NCBI GenBank assembly: GCA_002269645.1
Contig: NIVC01001166.1
Location: forward strand, 282,849-346,848
Length of the DNA: 64,000 nucleotides
Reading direction: 5' to 3'
From: Macrostomum lignano
Taxonomy: Eukaryota
Shown here: one piece after another, positions 1-13,760 of the stretch
Layout: every line of letters begins with the position of its first letter
How positions within the stretch are numbered: position 1 is the first letter of the stretch
The notes under the pieces: generated by a model
The model's database searches: none
Seen by the model: the letters and a program-made list of their open reading frames with translations, nothing else
Told to the model about the DNA's origin: nothing
Translations under genes and position numbers: made by a program

Positions 1-90
1 CGGCACGTGTTTGACAAAGAAACTTGGCTCTATGCCAGACATCGCTGCACTATCTGCGCAAGCGACAGGCTGATATAGCTAGTCTTGAGT

Positions 91-3000
91 TCAGTGCTGG
101 CTCAACCTGTACTCAGCCATGCCAGTCACTGAGGCGCCGACTGCGAATCGCACAGGAATAGCCGTGCTGTGGCTGCAACTGCTCTTGCTGCTTCCGCCAT
201 TGTAGCCAGAGTCTGGCGGGCTCAACCGGAAGTTAGTTGACGATGACGATGAGGAAGCTGTTGATGAAGCCGAACTGCCAGTTTCATAATCCTCGAGAGA
301 GTCGCAGGAGCTGGCGATGGTGAATTTAGCGGCAGGAGTGACTTTGGACTGAGCGGCGACATGGACGGCGGCTGGCGCGCTGGCCACGGCGGCCACGGCT
401 GGCACGGCGGTGGTGACCAAGTGATCGCCGGAGGAGAACCACGGATGGCGCAGAATCTGCTCGATGGTAGGCCGGCGGGCGGCGTCCAGCTGCAGACAGG
501 ACATGATGAGGTCGCGGCAGGCTGGACTGACATATCGGCGGAAGTACGGCTCGCTGTTGCAGATCTGGTCGTCGCGCTCGAACGGAATGTCGCCGCAGAC
601 CATATCGAATAGCAGGATGCCCAGCGACCAGACCTCGGCCTTCTTGCCATTGTAGCGGTGCCAGCGGATCCACTCCGGTGGGCTGTACACACGGGTGCCT
701 GGAAGGAACGAATAATGTTTTGACTGTAATTATATATAAAGTACAAATTAAAAAAGCTGGTCAATTGTTTGCAGTGCCAAAACAATATACAGTTTTTTTA
801 TTTCTGGTTTCATTCAGCCCGCTGGGTGTGTCGGGACTCGGGGTGGGTCCCGGCTCCCGGACTGCTTGCGAATGTATTGCGTTTAAATCCACCATTAAAC
901 TTTTTGCAAGTTTTCTTGCCACACTGACTGCCGGCTGGCTGCACGGCAAAAGTGCGTTTGCACGAGCCGGCATTGGAATCCTAGCCCCGCTATGGCGCTA
1001 TTGCCTTGTCTACGCCCATTGGGGTGGGGAAATACAAATCGCAATGCAGCCCTGCATGCGTGCGTGTGTGGCCAAAAATCCATTTGAAAGATCTGTTGTC
1101 TGTATCTTAGCAATAGCTCCAAAATAACACCGGCTCCACCCTCACACACATTCATTTGCTCCTATCTCTCAGTGTCTGTCTGTCTGTTGCACTGGAAGCA
1201 AAGGAATGCGTGGGCCAGGGAGGAAGAGACGTGGGCCAAAACTGAGGTGGGGGAGGAGATTGGGGAAGAGAAGTATTTGGTTTCATTAGGAAGATAGGGG
1301 AGGGCAAGGGAGGGTAAATGGCGCTTGGCGGGCAGAATGTGTCCTAAAAATAAAGTGAACACGGGAAGGGCACCGCAACCCACCCTCCCGTCGATAAGCG
1401 TCAGAGCTCTCTCTCACTCCGCGTTGAATTCAAGCCCTCACCCCGCCGGACCCTATAAACCCGACTACCCACCCCCACGCACGCCCACTCCTTTCAGAAT
1501 CTAGTGGGGGGGTTGGGGCTACATTAGCGCACACCCACCCCAACTCCGTGGGTGGGTGAGAGGGGGTTTTGGCTTGGGAGGGCTGAGTCAGCACTGAAAG
1601 GCCAGGCGCACAGTCACACTAAACCAGAACACACACTAAAGCGGCCTATAGAATGACTGTTTCTCCCTCCCTACGTTCTCTTGAGCTGTTAGCTAGGGAG
1701 AGGAGGGGCGGCGTTGCTGGCATTGGAATCCACCCAGTGCGTGTGTGCAGAGCTGCATTGTTTGTTTCCCTTCGTTGAGGACAGTGGGAGGACGCGAGTC
1801 GCGAAACAGCTAGCTAGACTCAAAAAAATGTCCAGAAGAACTTCAAGTCTGGCAGGAAAGCTGTGCACAACAACTCAAGCAACTCTAGAAGAGAGTTATA
1901 CTCGCACACAATTTTGCTAAGCAATGGGGTGGGCAACTGGGCATTGGGCACTGTTAAGCACGCGTCCACACCCACGCGTGCGCAGAAAGCTGGAAGCAAA
2001 CAGAGCTCAGGCTAGCCTATCTAGGAGTCGAAGTCGAACGGAGCGGAGACAGATGTGGGTGGGTTCAGCTTTACCCCGGCTGCTTTGCCGGCACGTGAAG
2101 CAATAAGCATGCATTTCCTGCAGCAGCAGAAGAAACGGGCTAAATGCAATACAGAAATCGAGAGGGTGGAGTCTCCTACAAGCGCGCACACGGCAGTGGT
2201 ACCATATACGCCCATACAAAAATCAATAGCACTGATATTGGCAATTTTCCATGAATTATTTTTTCCAAGCCCTACCCACCCCGCCTCCCCCGACTATTTC
2301 TGCTTTTTCTGTCCTTTCTATGTCCCATGGCATGTTTTTTAATCCACCCACACAGAGGCCTCGCATTCCATTCTAAGCGGCCTACTTTGATAATGGATTT
2401 TTTTATTTCCATTTCTAAGACTTATTCAGCAATTTTATTTTCAAGTGCTTAAGTACCAATTTCCTGGTATTGAAAGACAGACAGTCGCAGACAAGATCAG
2501 AGCAAATGTACTAAAACATTACTAAACAGCTATTATAGCCGGCAACAGGGTCATTGGGCCGAGAGAGACAGGAAAAGTGGCCCAGACTTGGGGACAGTCG
2601 GGCCCGGCTTGCATTCAATGGAATAGTATAATCAAGTATAGCCGAACTGAATGCGGCAGCGTCAAGGTCTACCGGAGACGAGACTGACTGACTGGGGTTA
2701 GCAGCAGCTACGCAGTAATTGAGCGGATGTGCGACATTTAAGACAGAGAGGGGTGAGCCGGAGCCCGAAGGCTGGGGGGGATCAGCTCTATAAGATTGTT
2801 GTTGACCTATTAATAAGACTCAATCACTGGAGCAAGCTAGTATTTTTATTACAGTTTGAATCACCATTCGGCATCATTATGCGTGGGAAGAAGCGGAGAC
2901 CTAGGACTGTAATTTAATATTAAGCTGAGGTCCCAGACAGTGGACACTGGGGGACCGGACAATCCTTCAACTATAAGGATGCTTTTCTCTGGACAAGAAA

Positions 3001-4486
3001 TTCTGCAATTGGATCTCTTTTCCTTAATTCTCTCTATCGAGGATTCGAGTTCCGAGTTGTTCGATGCCTCTGGGGATAAGGAAATTAAGGGAGCTCCGGG
3101 AGGCCGGCGCGGCTGCAAAACCTACTAGGACCCTTGTTACGCAATAAGCAGAGTCGAAATGTGGCCGCAGATGGCTCTGGCTTGTGCAGGAGAGACAGAG
3201 AGAGACGAAATTCGGATGAGGGTGGCTGTGTCTGCTTTGTTCGCGAACAGGAGAGGGGGGCTGTTGGGGTGACTGCGGGGGGTAGGAGTGAAGCCCAAGG
3301 CCCGATGATTCAATAGGGTGCACGGCCCGGTCAGGCTCTGACCTCGCGGGCCCACGCGGGGGTAAAGAGGGTGAGTGACTGGGCCTTGTCTGGCTATGCG
3401 AGGGGATTCAGAGAGCAGACAGAACTCTGAGTGAACTGGGGTGAACTGCTGTACACACACAAGCGCACATTAGTAAGAGAACGAAGGGAAGAGAATAAAG
3501 AGGAAACAAAGACTCTGATATTTAGCTGGTAAGACAGGGGCAAATGAGGTCGTAAACTGAACTGATGGATCCGGGATGCAGGTTGGGGATTATTAAACAA
3601 AGAGCTGACACAAATCCCCAATAAAAAGCTGTCGAACCCGACGACTCACCATCAAAATCGGTGTAGTCGGTGTCCTTCAAGAAGGCGCCGGATCCGAAGT
3701 CGATCAGATGAATGGAACCGTCGCACAGATTAACTAGCAGATTCTCATCCTTGATGTCGCGATGCAGAATCCCGGCCTCGTGGCAGGCTAGCAAAGTCTC
3801 GAGCAGCTGTTTCATAAAGGATTTGGCTTCCACCTCGGCTAGGAACTTCTTATTGGAGATGTAGTCAAACAGGTCCATGCACTTCTTGATCTTCTTCATG
3901 ACAATCACCCACTCGTTTGGGCCTTCGTAATAGGCGATGGGCTGCACGATGCCGCGGATGTGCTGGCACTTCTGCAGCAGGACAATCTCCACTGGCAGCT
4001 TCTGCCCGTTGGGCTGTTGTGTTGGATTTGGGTGAATGAGGCGGGTTGCCAGTTGCACTGATCTTCCTTGATGTCATACAGCCATGGGTTTATCTGATCC
4101 ATGACCAACACTTACCAGGCGGTGCCAGCAGAATTGGGACATCTTGTCCTTCTGGATGACCTTGACGGCCGTCTCCAGATTGTCGCGCACCCGGAGCCCT
4201 TCGAACACTTTGCCGAAGCCGCCGCTGCCGAGCTCTTTGCCTAGCTGGTAGTCGCGTCGGAACTCCTCCAACGGTTGGCACTTCGGATAGGACTCGGTGG
4301 GATGGGCCACCGGAACTGATCGTGCCTCGCCGCCTTGAAAAAAAGGTTTTTAAGAAACAGTACATGATAACTGGACAGTAGAGCATTATGGCAAGTTTTA
4401 TTAAATATTATAACAATATTTCTAAGAAAAATCTTACCAAATCGTTGCGGCAGAGACGTCTGCAGAAAGATGTTTAGCTTGTCCAT
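91..4486 (-). CDS. pim: Pim-family Ser/Thr protein kinase, 4 coding exons (4486-4438, 4333-4116, 4013-3650, 698-91)
   Basis: Joined translation gives [22 protein letters not shown]...[15 protein letters not shown]...AVKVI...[16 protein letters not shown]...DLFDYI...[10 protein letters not shown]...[83 protein letters not shown] and GDIPFE are Pim hallmarks. All three introns are GT-AG and the phases (1,0,1) are consistent. Confidence 0.93.
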
Positions 4487-6440
4487 TGTGATAACGGAAT
4501 ACGACAGTTTAGAGAAAGACTTGTTGCTTCTTCTGTTGGAATAGGGGGGCTGAAGTAGCCGATTGAAAGCAATAAGACCGATGAGGCAATGGGTAGCGAT
4601 CTATCAAGCGTTCTGTCACAGAGACCAGACGACACAGGGGAGTTGAGGGCATGAACACTTGGTATTTATGTGCTATGGAAGCACGTTGCTTGGCAGCGAC
4701 GCCCACCCCAATTGCGCCGGCTCCAACCCTACATTCAATGTGGTTTGTATTCTTGCACGAGAAGTGTACATTGAAATAGAGATCTACTTTGGTTTAATAT
4801 TCAGCAAAACGCCAAAATAAGAGTGGATAAGCTTAAATTTAAACGGAATAAATAATAATTAAAATAAATGTTGCTATAATCGAACTCTTTTCTGCTAAAT
4901 ATTGGCCAAATATTTTGGATCTACTTTGAATCTATTTCGAGGCGGGTGACAAGACCCTTGGCTGGTACGTCCAATAGGAGAGGGGCGCTAAATTAGGAAT
5001 GGAAATAGGGGCTTTCCATTTACAATACGCGACACGCGGGCTGACTGGAGACCCAAAAATAGCATCAACCCCCCCCCCCAAAGGAACCCGCGGATTCTCC
5101 GTGCAAAATAGACAAGGCGGATGTTTCGTTTATCATATTTACTTGGATATTCCTAGGCTAATACGCGGATGCTATTTCCGGGCCCGAGTGAATTGCTTGC
5201 ACACAGCACGCCAGCCAGAACCACGCACACCCGAAATTTCTTTACCCTGTTTATGCTATTGTTAACTCAGAAATATATTTACGAACTTCTTCAACTATAA
5301 AAATTTAACCTTCCGCTTTTGCGGTAATCAAGATAAGAGAGAGAGGGGAAGGTCGAACAGATGGTGAGTGATAAGGGAGATAATCAAGCATTAAGAAATT
5401 GGACTTTGGAAGTGATGTTAGAAGAAAATGAGTAAAAAAGCAATTATTTAACGCCGCAAGCATACCGGTATGTAAGAAGTTAGAACTGCTGACAAGAAAG
5501 GATGCTGAAGGATGCGGATATGTAAGAAAATTCAGAAAACCGCTAAAACACCCCTCATCGCAGTCTGGTTCATGAGGCAGTGAGTGGGTGAGTAATCTCT
5601 GTGAGGGGAAGGCCCGGGGTCAGGCCGGGCTGGCGGGGTCGTGTCCTCGGGATTTGGGCTCCGGGGAGAATCGGGAAAGTTATGTAACTGGGGCTCTTGC
5701 CGCCTGCTCCTTCACGTCACCCCAAGCCAGACAGAATCCCAAATCCCGGGAATGCCTCTCCTCCCTATACACTACACTAACCCTGTCCGCGCTCGCAGCT
5801 CTTTAACCCAATCTCTGTTTGCACAGTAAGCCGACAGAATGCCGAGACTAACTATTCATCTTATAATCCGATTGTCTATGGCAGGAGTTGGCAAACATTT
5901 TGCCGACCCCTGCATGGTCTATGGCCAAGAGTTATGACCGCCCGCTTGCATTTCGTCTGGTTGAATAGGAATCGATTTTCTGATCGATCAAATGGATAAT
6001 ATCCTCATTGCATGCATCTCATACCTATCTTTTTATCTATCTCTCTGTTCTTTCTTCTCTTTTATCAGTGATGGATTCTCTCTTATCTCTCCTATTGACG
6101 GGTCTCGTCCCTCTCTTCGGCTCGCTCATTGGCAGCTCTTATCGCGTAATTAAAATGCAAATTCTTCGATCAGTCAGTTGCCGGTTATTTCTGTCATGAC
6201 TGCATGCCATGACAGCGGGAAGATGCAGGGGCACGTGCTGCATGTGCCAACATCTGGACTGCACCATCTGCATGCTAGTTCGATCTTCGAGATCGTGTTA
6301 AAATCTCGCTAATAATTCTTATGCATTCTTTTGATGGTAAACTTACTTTGAGCTTTCGTCGCCTTTGTGATTGCAATTAGGTTTTTTATATTAAGTGATA
6401 TATACATTAGTAATTAGTAATTGATAGAAGTGTTGTGTAG

Positions 6441-6865
6441 ATTCTTGTAGGGGTCATAGAGTATTCTTGTAGGGGTTATAGAGTATTCTTGTAGTAGGGG
6501 TCATAGAGTATTCTTATAGGGGTCATAGAGTATTCTTGTAGGGGTGACGGGTTATAGAGTATTCTTATAGGGGTCATAGAGTATTCTTATAGGGGTCATA
6601 GAGTATTCTTGTAGGGGTGACGGGTTATAGAGTATTCTTGTAGGGGTCATAGAGTATTCTTGTAGGGGTGACGGGTTATAGAGTATTCTTGTAGGGATGA
6701 CGGGTCATAGAGTATTCTTGTAGGGGACATAGAGTATTCGTTCAGGTGTCAGAGTATTCGTTCAGGGGTCGTAGAGTATACGTTCAGGGGTCATAGAGTA
6801 TTTGTTCAGAGGTCATAGAGTATTCGTTCAGGTGTCATAGAGTATTCGTTCAGGGGTCATAGAGT
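6441..6865. repeat. 22/29-bp minisatellite (GTAGGGGTCATAGAGTATTCTT)
   Basis: Direct tandem units with a sequence shift (CTTGTA to CGTTCA) toward the right end. Confidence 0.95.
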
Positions 6866-6989
6866 CGAATCTATTTACTCGGAAACATAAAAACATGAAG
6901 AAATGTTTTGAATTATCGTTTGCGGAAAAATTACGTCAAGTTCATTGCTTGTTAATAGACGTGCATCTCTGAGCTGGGGGGGGGGGCGA

Positions 6990-7230
6990 TGTTCTGTTCG
7001 AAATGCAAACTGACGCACGCAGCGTGAGAACTTGGATTATAAATGGGGCGAATGAATTTAGACTGCAAAACCTTAAAAATAGCTTCGTCTTTAATGATTT
7101 GGTCTAAATTTAGAAACTGAAAACGACATAAGCCCATGCAGATGGCAATATGTGACCGCTTCTCAGTTTAGCCAAACTGCTTACGAATATGAAAGAAGAA
7201 CTTTGAGAGAAATTCGCAGGGCCAACGTCA
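6990..7230 (-). pseudogene. Possible Tc1/mariner-type transposase fragment
   Basis: LDQIIKDEAIFKV...NPSSH resembles the first catalytic motif IIFSDEAxF...ENPH; short and degraded. Confidence 0.3.
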
Positions 7231-7477
7231 ATTGAACTGAGACTGCCTATTTAAATCGTAGCATGTTATCCATTAAGTAGTCCATGAACTCCCATTCAAT
7301 ATTTTTTCCTGCTTCAAGGTCCACAGGGTGTCAGCCGGGAAGTTTATTAATAAGCAATGAACCGACTCAGGGAAATATTTTTGGTGCAAATTTTTTTATC
7401 CGAAATGAGAGAAGTCAATATTTACGGGTAGATTTTACGTCGGTGATATGAATTATTTTTTCTCAGTTGTATTGTCT

Positions 7478-8695
7478 TAATGAAAGCCCTAATAAATTTC
7501 CTAATGAATGCTCGAATTAATGCACTAATGAATGCCCCAATTAATGTCCTAATGAATGACCTATGAATGAATGCCCTAATGAATGTCCCAATGAATGTCC
7601 TAATGAATGTCCTAATGAGTGTCCCAATGAATGTCCTAATGAATGTCCTAATATATGAATGCCCCAATGAATGTCCTAATGAATGTCCTAATGAATGTTC
7701 TAATTTATTTCTTAATGAATGTCTTAATGAATGTTCTAATGAATGTCCTAATGAATGTCCTAATGAATGTTCTAATTTATTTCTTAATGAATGTCTTAAT
7801 GAATGTTCTAATGAATGTACCAATGAATGTCCTGATGAATGTCCTAATGAATGTCCTAATGAATGTTCTAATGTACTTCGTATTTCTTAATGAATGTCCT
7901 AATGAATGTCCTAATGAATGTCCTAATGAATGTCCTAATGAATGTCCTAATGAATGTCCTAATGAATGTCCTAATGAATGTCCTAATGAATGTCCCAATG
8001 AATGTCCTAATGAATGTCCTAATGAATGTCCTAATGAATGTCCTAATGAATGTCCTGATGAGTGTCCCAATGAATGTCCTAATGAATGTCCTAATATATG
8101 AATGCCCCAATGAATGTCCTAATGAATGTCCTAATGAATGTTCTAATTTATTTCTTAATGAATGTCTTAATGAATGTTCTAATGAATGTCCTAATGAATG
8201 TCCTAATGAATGTCCTAATGAATGTCCTAATGAATGTCCTAATGAATGTCCTAATGAATGTCCTAATGAATGTCCTAATGAATGTCCCAATGAATGTCCT
8301 GATGAATGTCCTAATGAGTGTCCTAATGAATGTCCTAATGAATGTCCTAATGAATGTCCTAATGAATGTCCTAATGAATGTCCTAATGAATGTCCCAATG
8401 AATGTCCTAATGAATGTCCTAATGAATGTCCTAATGAATGAATGCCCTAATGAATGTCCCAATGAATGTCCTAATGAATGTCCTAATGAATGTCCTAAAG
8501 AATGTCCCAATGAATGTCCTAATGAATGTCCTAATGAATGTCCTAATGAATGTCCTAATGAATGTCATAATGAGTGTCCTAATGAGTGTCCTAATGAATG
8601 TCCTAATGAATGTACCAATGAATGTCCTAATGTATTTCTTAATGAATGTCCCAATCAATGTCCTAATGAATGCCCAAATGAATGTCCCAATGAAT
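7478..8695. repeat. 12-bp minisatellite (AATGAATGTCCT)n
   Basis: About 100 units; this is the source of the NECP/MNVL/GHSL ORFs. Confidence 0.97.
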
Positions 8696-9584
8696 TCCAA
8701 AGCTTCAAGGGGGCCATTTCGAAAGCAGGTGCAATATTAGAAGAAAAACATAAATTTGCTGTTCGTTTATCAGTTCCTCACCCAGCGTGCACACGTGCCA
8801 ACCGCCCGACCCTAGCGAAAGTGCACGCCTGCCGCTCGCAAACAAGCTGTCACAGCCCACCAGCTGTCTCGACTGACTGCAAGAACAAAAGCGACCGAGC
8901 AGATAAACAAGCTCAACTGTAAGGCCGTTCGGTGCATTTCTAGGCTGGTACAAAACTACTAATCCGCAATATACTTTTCTATTACATATAGTTTTTTTGT
9001 TATTGTCAATAGCTCGTAGAAATGGGGTTTCCCAATCGGGATTAGTATCCCACTCCCATATATAGCTAGCATGGAGACTCGAGAAGCCCCGGGCGCATGC
9101 AACAGCACAATGCGATTATATCTCACATGCAGAAGTTAATCCTTCACTATCTGACTGTATTAATCTTGCGCGCAGGTTCTTGGAGGGGAAATTAACACAG
9201 ACTTTACCAACTAATGCATTGTTTTTCCCAAGCCTGTGTTTTATTACTAAGCAAGCGACACAATTGCTTTCTCCGCTCAGCTCGGGCAATAAATACTAAG
9301 AATAACAAAACTCGTCAAGAATATTATTATAAATATAAACATATTGCTTGTTTTCTTCAGGTGGACGACTTGCTTACGGCGAGTTGCCAGCTGTCAACAA
9401 TGGAAAGCAGACATGAGAAACGAAAGGTGTGCAGCAGCAGCAGAGCCGCTCTGGCAGGTGCAGAGAAATCCTATGTGAGCTGCTTGCTGCCCAAATGACG
9501 CTTGAGAACAATGGACTGTCGCACTAAGGGCTGAAGTTCTGCATTTTGTATGCTTGAGATTTGTTATGCAGCCTCGCCTGACTA

Positions 9585-9585
<1 letters not shown>

Positions 9586-9666
<81 letters not shown>

Positions 9667-9669
9667 TAG

Positions 9670-9730
<61 letters not shown>

Positions 9731-9761
9731 TATTATCTGTCTGTCTGTCTGTCTGTCTTAG

Positions 9762-9822
<61 letters not shown>

Positions 9823-9850
9823 TAGTGTCTTTCTGTCTGTCTGTCTGTCT
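9586..9850. repeat. (GTCT)n microsatellite
   Basis: Direct observation. Confidence 0.97.
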
Positions 9851-11605
9851 GGGTCCCTGTCTAGATGTATGGGTGTCTTTCCATCTTTCTCCATTAGTTC
9901 TGCAGCACTCACACCTGTGCATTCAGGCGAAGGCGAATAGCTACCAGCACGCGCTGCACAAGCACATCTCACATTGCAGCCTATCTGGGCCAGTCAGCCA
10001 GCGGTTGATAAAATGCAAATTCAATACAAATGTTAGTTTTGCCTAATCTAGGTGCAACTGTGGGACCGGCAGTCGGTCCTCAAATGGGTACCACTCCAGT
10101 ATTTATCTATTTCAACATCCTTGTGCAGCTCTAAGGCTTCAATTTAGAAACAGTGATAGGTGCAGTTGCCTCGGTTTCTGGCTTAGCTATCTAAATGCTG
10201 CTCGCACTTCCGGGTTGCAGTGAAGAGCGGAGTTAAGAAGCGAAAAAACCTTCAGACGTGGCAGGTAGGTGCAAGACTTTGGCACTTGCCCTAATTGCGC
10301 CCAAATACGAGAAAGGTGCAAGCGATTTTGGTACATTTTTCGTGACACAAAAGCTTTAAGGCGAGGGGAACAGAGACTGGCTATAGGGGGGATCATTGGC
10401 AGGTGGGATTAGAGAATAGACAAGGGAAAGTCAGTGGGAGATTATGCAGAACACCAACGACTCTTGCGCTAGGCTTAGAGAACGCAAACGCGTGACGGGT
10501 GGTGTTGGCGACCCTCGGATTTCTTCTGATCTCTCGACGCCACATCATGCAGGTCTCCTGACTCAAGCTGTCAAGAGAATGAAACTCAACCCTGTCCAGG
10601 GGCCTCGGAATCCAACATGACATGCCGCCTGTCGGCTTATAGAGCTCGGAACTCCATGACTGGCGGACTTTAGACTCCAGTAGGGCCAGCGGAGGGTAAA
10701 TTGAGGTCGAAGTGCATTTTGCTGTTTTGTAACGACTTTCTAATCGTCAGGCATGTACAGTCTCTGTGCCTTGGGGGTCGGGACTCATGGCTGCGAATCG
10801 CACGACAAGCCCTAAAAGTTCAGCTTTTCCGAAAAGTTCGTCCTTGAAAGGACCCTCAAATCGGAGCAAAGGCAGAAATCCCCGGATCTTCAAGCTGCGC
10901 CCTCCCTCCCTCGCTTGTCACGTGCTCAATGGGGGCAGGAGCTAACGCTGAAAACAAAGACCCCAATTAATGCTCTCCTTGAGCAAGCGTCCATAGTCCG
11001 CAGAGATCATCTGCTGCTGGCTCTAGTTAATCCAACTGATAAACCATACCCTATTAAACTGCTTATATCTGGGTTACAATAAAGGGCATCACTAAACCAG
11101 CTGACTCTCTTCAACGAGCCGTCATTTCGCTACACCGCTGGGCTTGACAAGAAGCATTCCCGCAGTGGAGTGTAAACAGCCAGAACACTTGCGCAGCAGT
11201 CTGTGCACTATATAGGAAAGGATCTGGCGAGTCGATGACGGATGAGAAGCAGGACAGCTAAGCCGGCTGCTGCGTCTGGTGGCAGTGTCGAGGAGAACCC
11301 CAACGCTACACCCTGTCAATGCGCTTTGCTTCTGTGCTCTGTGTCGCGGAATCGAGGCCAGTCAATGGAGGTCTGATAAATAAAGCACAGCCTGCAAGGG
11401 GAAACTGGGGCTTTACAGAACAGCTGATGGCTGTTTAAGGATGTCTTGTTGAAGGGGAAACCAGATTGAGGAACTAAGAATAGTGAGAGGAGGGGAAGAG
11501 AGCGGAAATTCGAGTTGCTCGCACGACACGGAAATATGCGATGATTTCGCTAGTGCAGACAGACGAAGGAGTGACTGGGGAAGCTTGAAGAGAGAAAGAG
11601 GAACA

Positions 11606-12080
11606 TATGAAGGACGGGCGGATGAAGGAGGGGCGGATAAGCGGCGGATGAAGGGACAGGTGAAGGACGGGGGATGAAGGATGGGGCGGATGAAGGATGG
11701 GGCGGATGAAGGAGCAGATGAAGGATGGGGCGGATGAAGGAGCAGATGAAGGATGGGGCGGATGAAGGAGCAGATGAAGGATGGGGCGGATGAAGGAGCA
11801 GATGAAGGATGGGGCGGATGAAGGAGCAGATGAAGGATGGGGCGGATGAAGGAGCAGATGAAGGACGGGCGGGTGAAGGACGGGGGATGAAGGACGGGGG
11901 GTGAAGGATGGGGCGGATGAAGGACGGGGCGGATGAAGGTAGGGGCGGATGAAGGAGCGGATGAAGGACGCGGCGGATGAAGGAAGGGGCGGATGAAGGA
12001 AGGGCGCATAAGCAGCGGATGAAGGGGCAGATGAAGATGGCGGATACAGAAAAGGACGGATGCAGGACCGGATGAGGAAG
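11606..12080. repeat. Purine-rich 28-bp (16+12) minisatellite GATGAAGGATGGGGCG-GATGAAGGAGCA
   Basis: Direct observation. Confidence 0.93.
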
Positions 12081-13065
12081 TGTTTACTCGGGCGGATGAA
12101 GAAGGGGGCAGTGCTTAGGCGACGGAGGGAAGATTCTAGCAAATAATTTTGAGTACCAGTCCGAGCAAAATACGGCAGCTGCGCACCGGCGACAGTCGAC
12201 GAAGCAGCTGGAAAATCTGGATTTGAGCAGAAAATAAAGATGTGAAATCTTTCTCATCAAAGAGGAACCCTATAAGGAGAAAAAGTCTCTTTGAGCTCAA
12301 AGGCGGGAATCACAGAGGGATAAACTTTCTCGAATAGCAGAATCGCAGCCTGCAATTAAGTGATAATTACTCCATAGCCGAATAGAAAATTGCACCCGCC
12401 AATTTCTGAGCAAGCCTTCTGATCGGCAATCATTTCTGCCGGGCGCGCTATCCGAGACAATAACACGCAGAGCCGCCGCCCGGAAAGGAAAACGGCCCCG
12501 GCAAAAAAGGATAACGAGCGTCGGGTTTCAAAGCGGCACCAGCGGCGGCAGGCGTCGTCAACAAGTTGTTCGCTGTCGGTCCTTGCGCAGCGCGTCTGCC
12601 CGGAATCACGTGCCCTTAACCCCCCCCCCCCCCAGCCCGGCCTCCTCAGATCTGCAGTCTGCCGCGCGGGATCTGGGTAAATAAACAATTTGTTTAACTG
12701 CAGTCAGTTTAGCGGCTGTTGCAGACTCTTGTGCTGTGCGGCAGCTGCTGGGTGACTCATGCAGGCCTAAGTGGGTTCTTTAGGCTGAATTTTCCAGGGG
12801 GGTCGAATGAGATGCTTAATGAAGAGGCCGAGCTGGATGAATGAGGAACGGCTGATGCCTGCTGGAGACAGATGCAAGACAAAATGAGATTCGAGAGATG
12901 GAGATAAAAGGGGACTTGAGACGGAGATAGGAGATCAGAGAGGGATATATAAAGATAAAAGACGAGATAAGAAGAGGTATATTATAAATAAAAGGATATA
13001 GATCTAAATGTAAGAGAGATGGGCTAGGCGATAGGAAAAGGGGACAGGGGAAGGGGACAGGCCCA

Positions 13066-13760
13066 CTAAGAGACAGGGGCGCCCACCAAGAGACAGGGGC
13101 TCCCACCAAGAGACAGGGGCGGCCACCAAGAGACAGGGGCTCCCACCAAGAGACAGGGGCGGCTAACAAGAGACAGGTGCGGCCACCAAGAGACAGGGGC
13201 GGCCACCAAGAGACAGGGGCTCCCACCAAGAGACAGGGGCGGCCACCAAGAGACAGGGGCTCCCACCAAGAGACAGGGGCGGCTAACAAGAGACAGGTGC
13301 GGCCACCAAGAGACAGGGGCGGCCACCAAGAGACAGGGGCTCCCACCAAGAGACAGGGGCGGCCACCAAGAGACAGGGGCTCCCACCAAGAGACAGGGGC
13401 GGCTAACAAGAGACAGGTGCGGCCACCAAGAGACAGGGGCGGCCACCAAGAGACAGGGGCTCCCACCAAGAGACAGGGGCGGCCACCAAGAGACAGGGGC
13501 TCCCACCAAGAGACAGGGGCGGCTAACAAGAGACAGGGGCGGCCACCAAGAGACAGGGGCGGCCATCAAGAGACAGGGGCGGCCACCAAGAGACGGGGAG
13601 GCGCGCACCAATAGATGGGGAGGCGCCCACCAAGGGACGGGGAGGCGCCCACCAAGAGATGGGGAGGCTCCCATCAAAAAACGGGGGGGGCGCCCACCAA
13701 GAGACAGGGGCGCCCACCAAGACAGAGACAGGGGCGCTCACCAAGAGACAGGGGCGCCAA
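13066..13760. repeat. 20-bp minisatellite (CCACCAAGAGACAGGGGCGG) with 120-bp higher-order period
   Basis: The variant GGCTAACAAG...GGTGC recurs every 120 bp. A CAGTGGCGTGTGCAGG-type transposon end (reverse complement) follows at 13855-13876. Confidence 0.93.

Noticed and set aside
7422-8922. NECP/MNVL/GHSL repeat ORFs resembling Cys-rich proteins
   Set aside because: They are artefacts of the 12-bp AATGAATGTCCT array and are open in several frames on both strands.
10100-11400. Possible degenerate retroelement (FSYLG-like and other fragments)
   Set aside because: No ordered set of RT or endonuclease motifs could be assembled by eye; it needs a repeat-library search.
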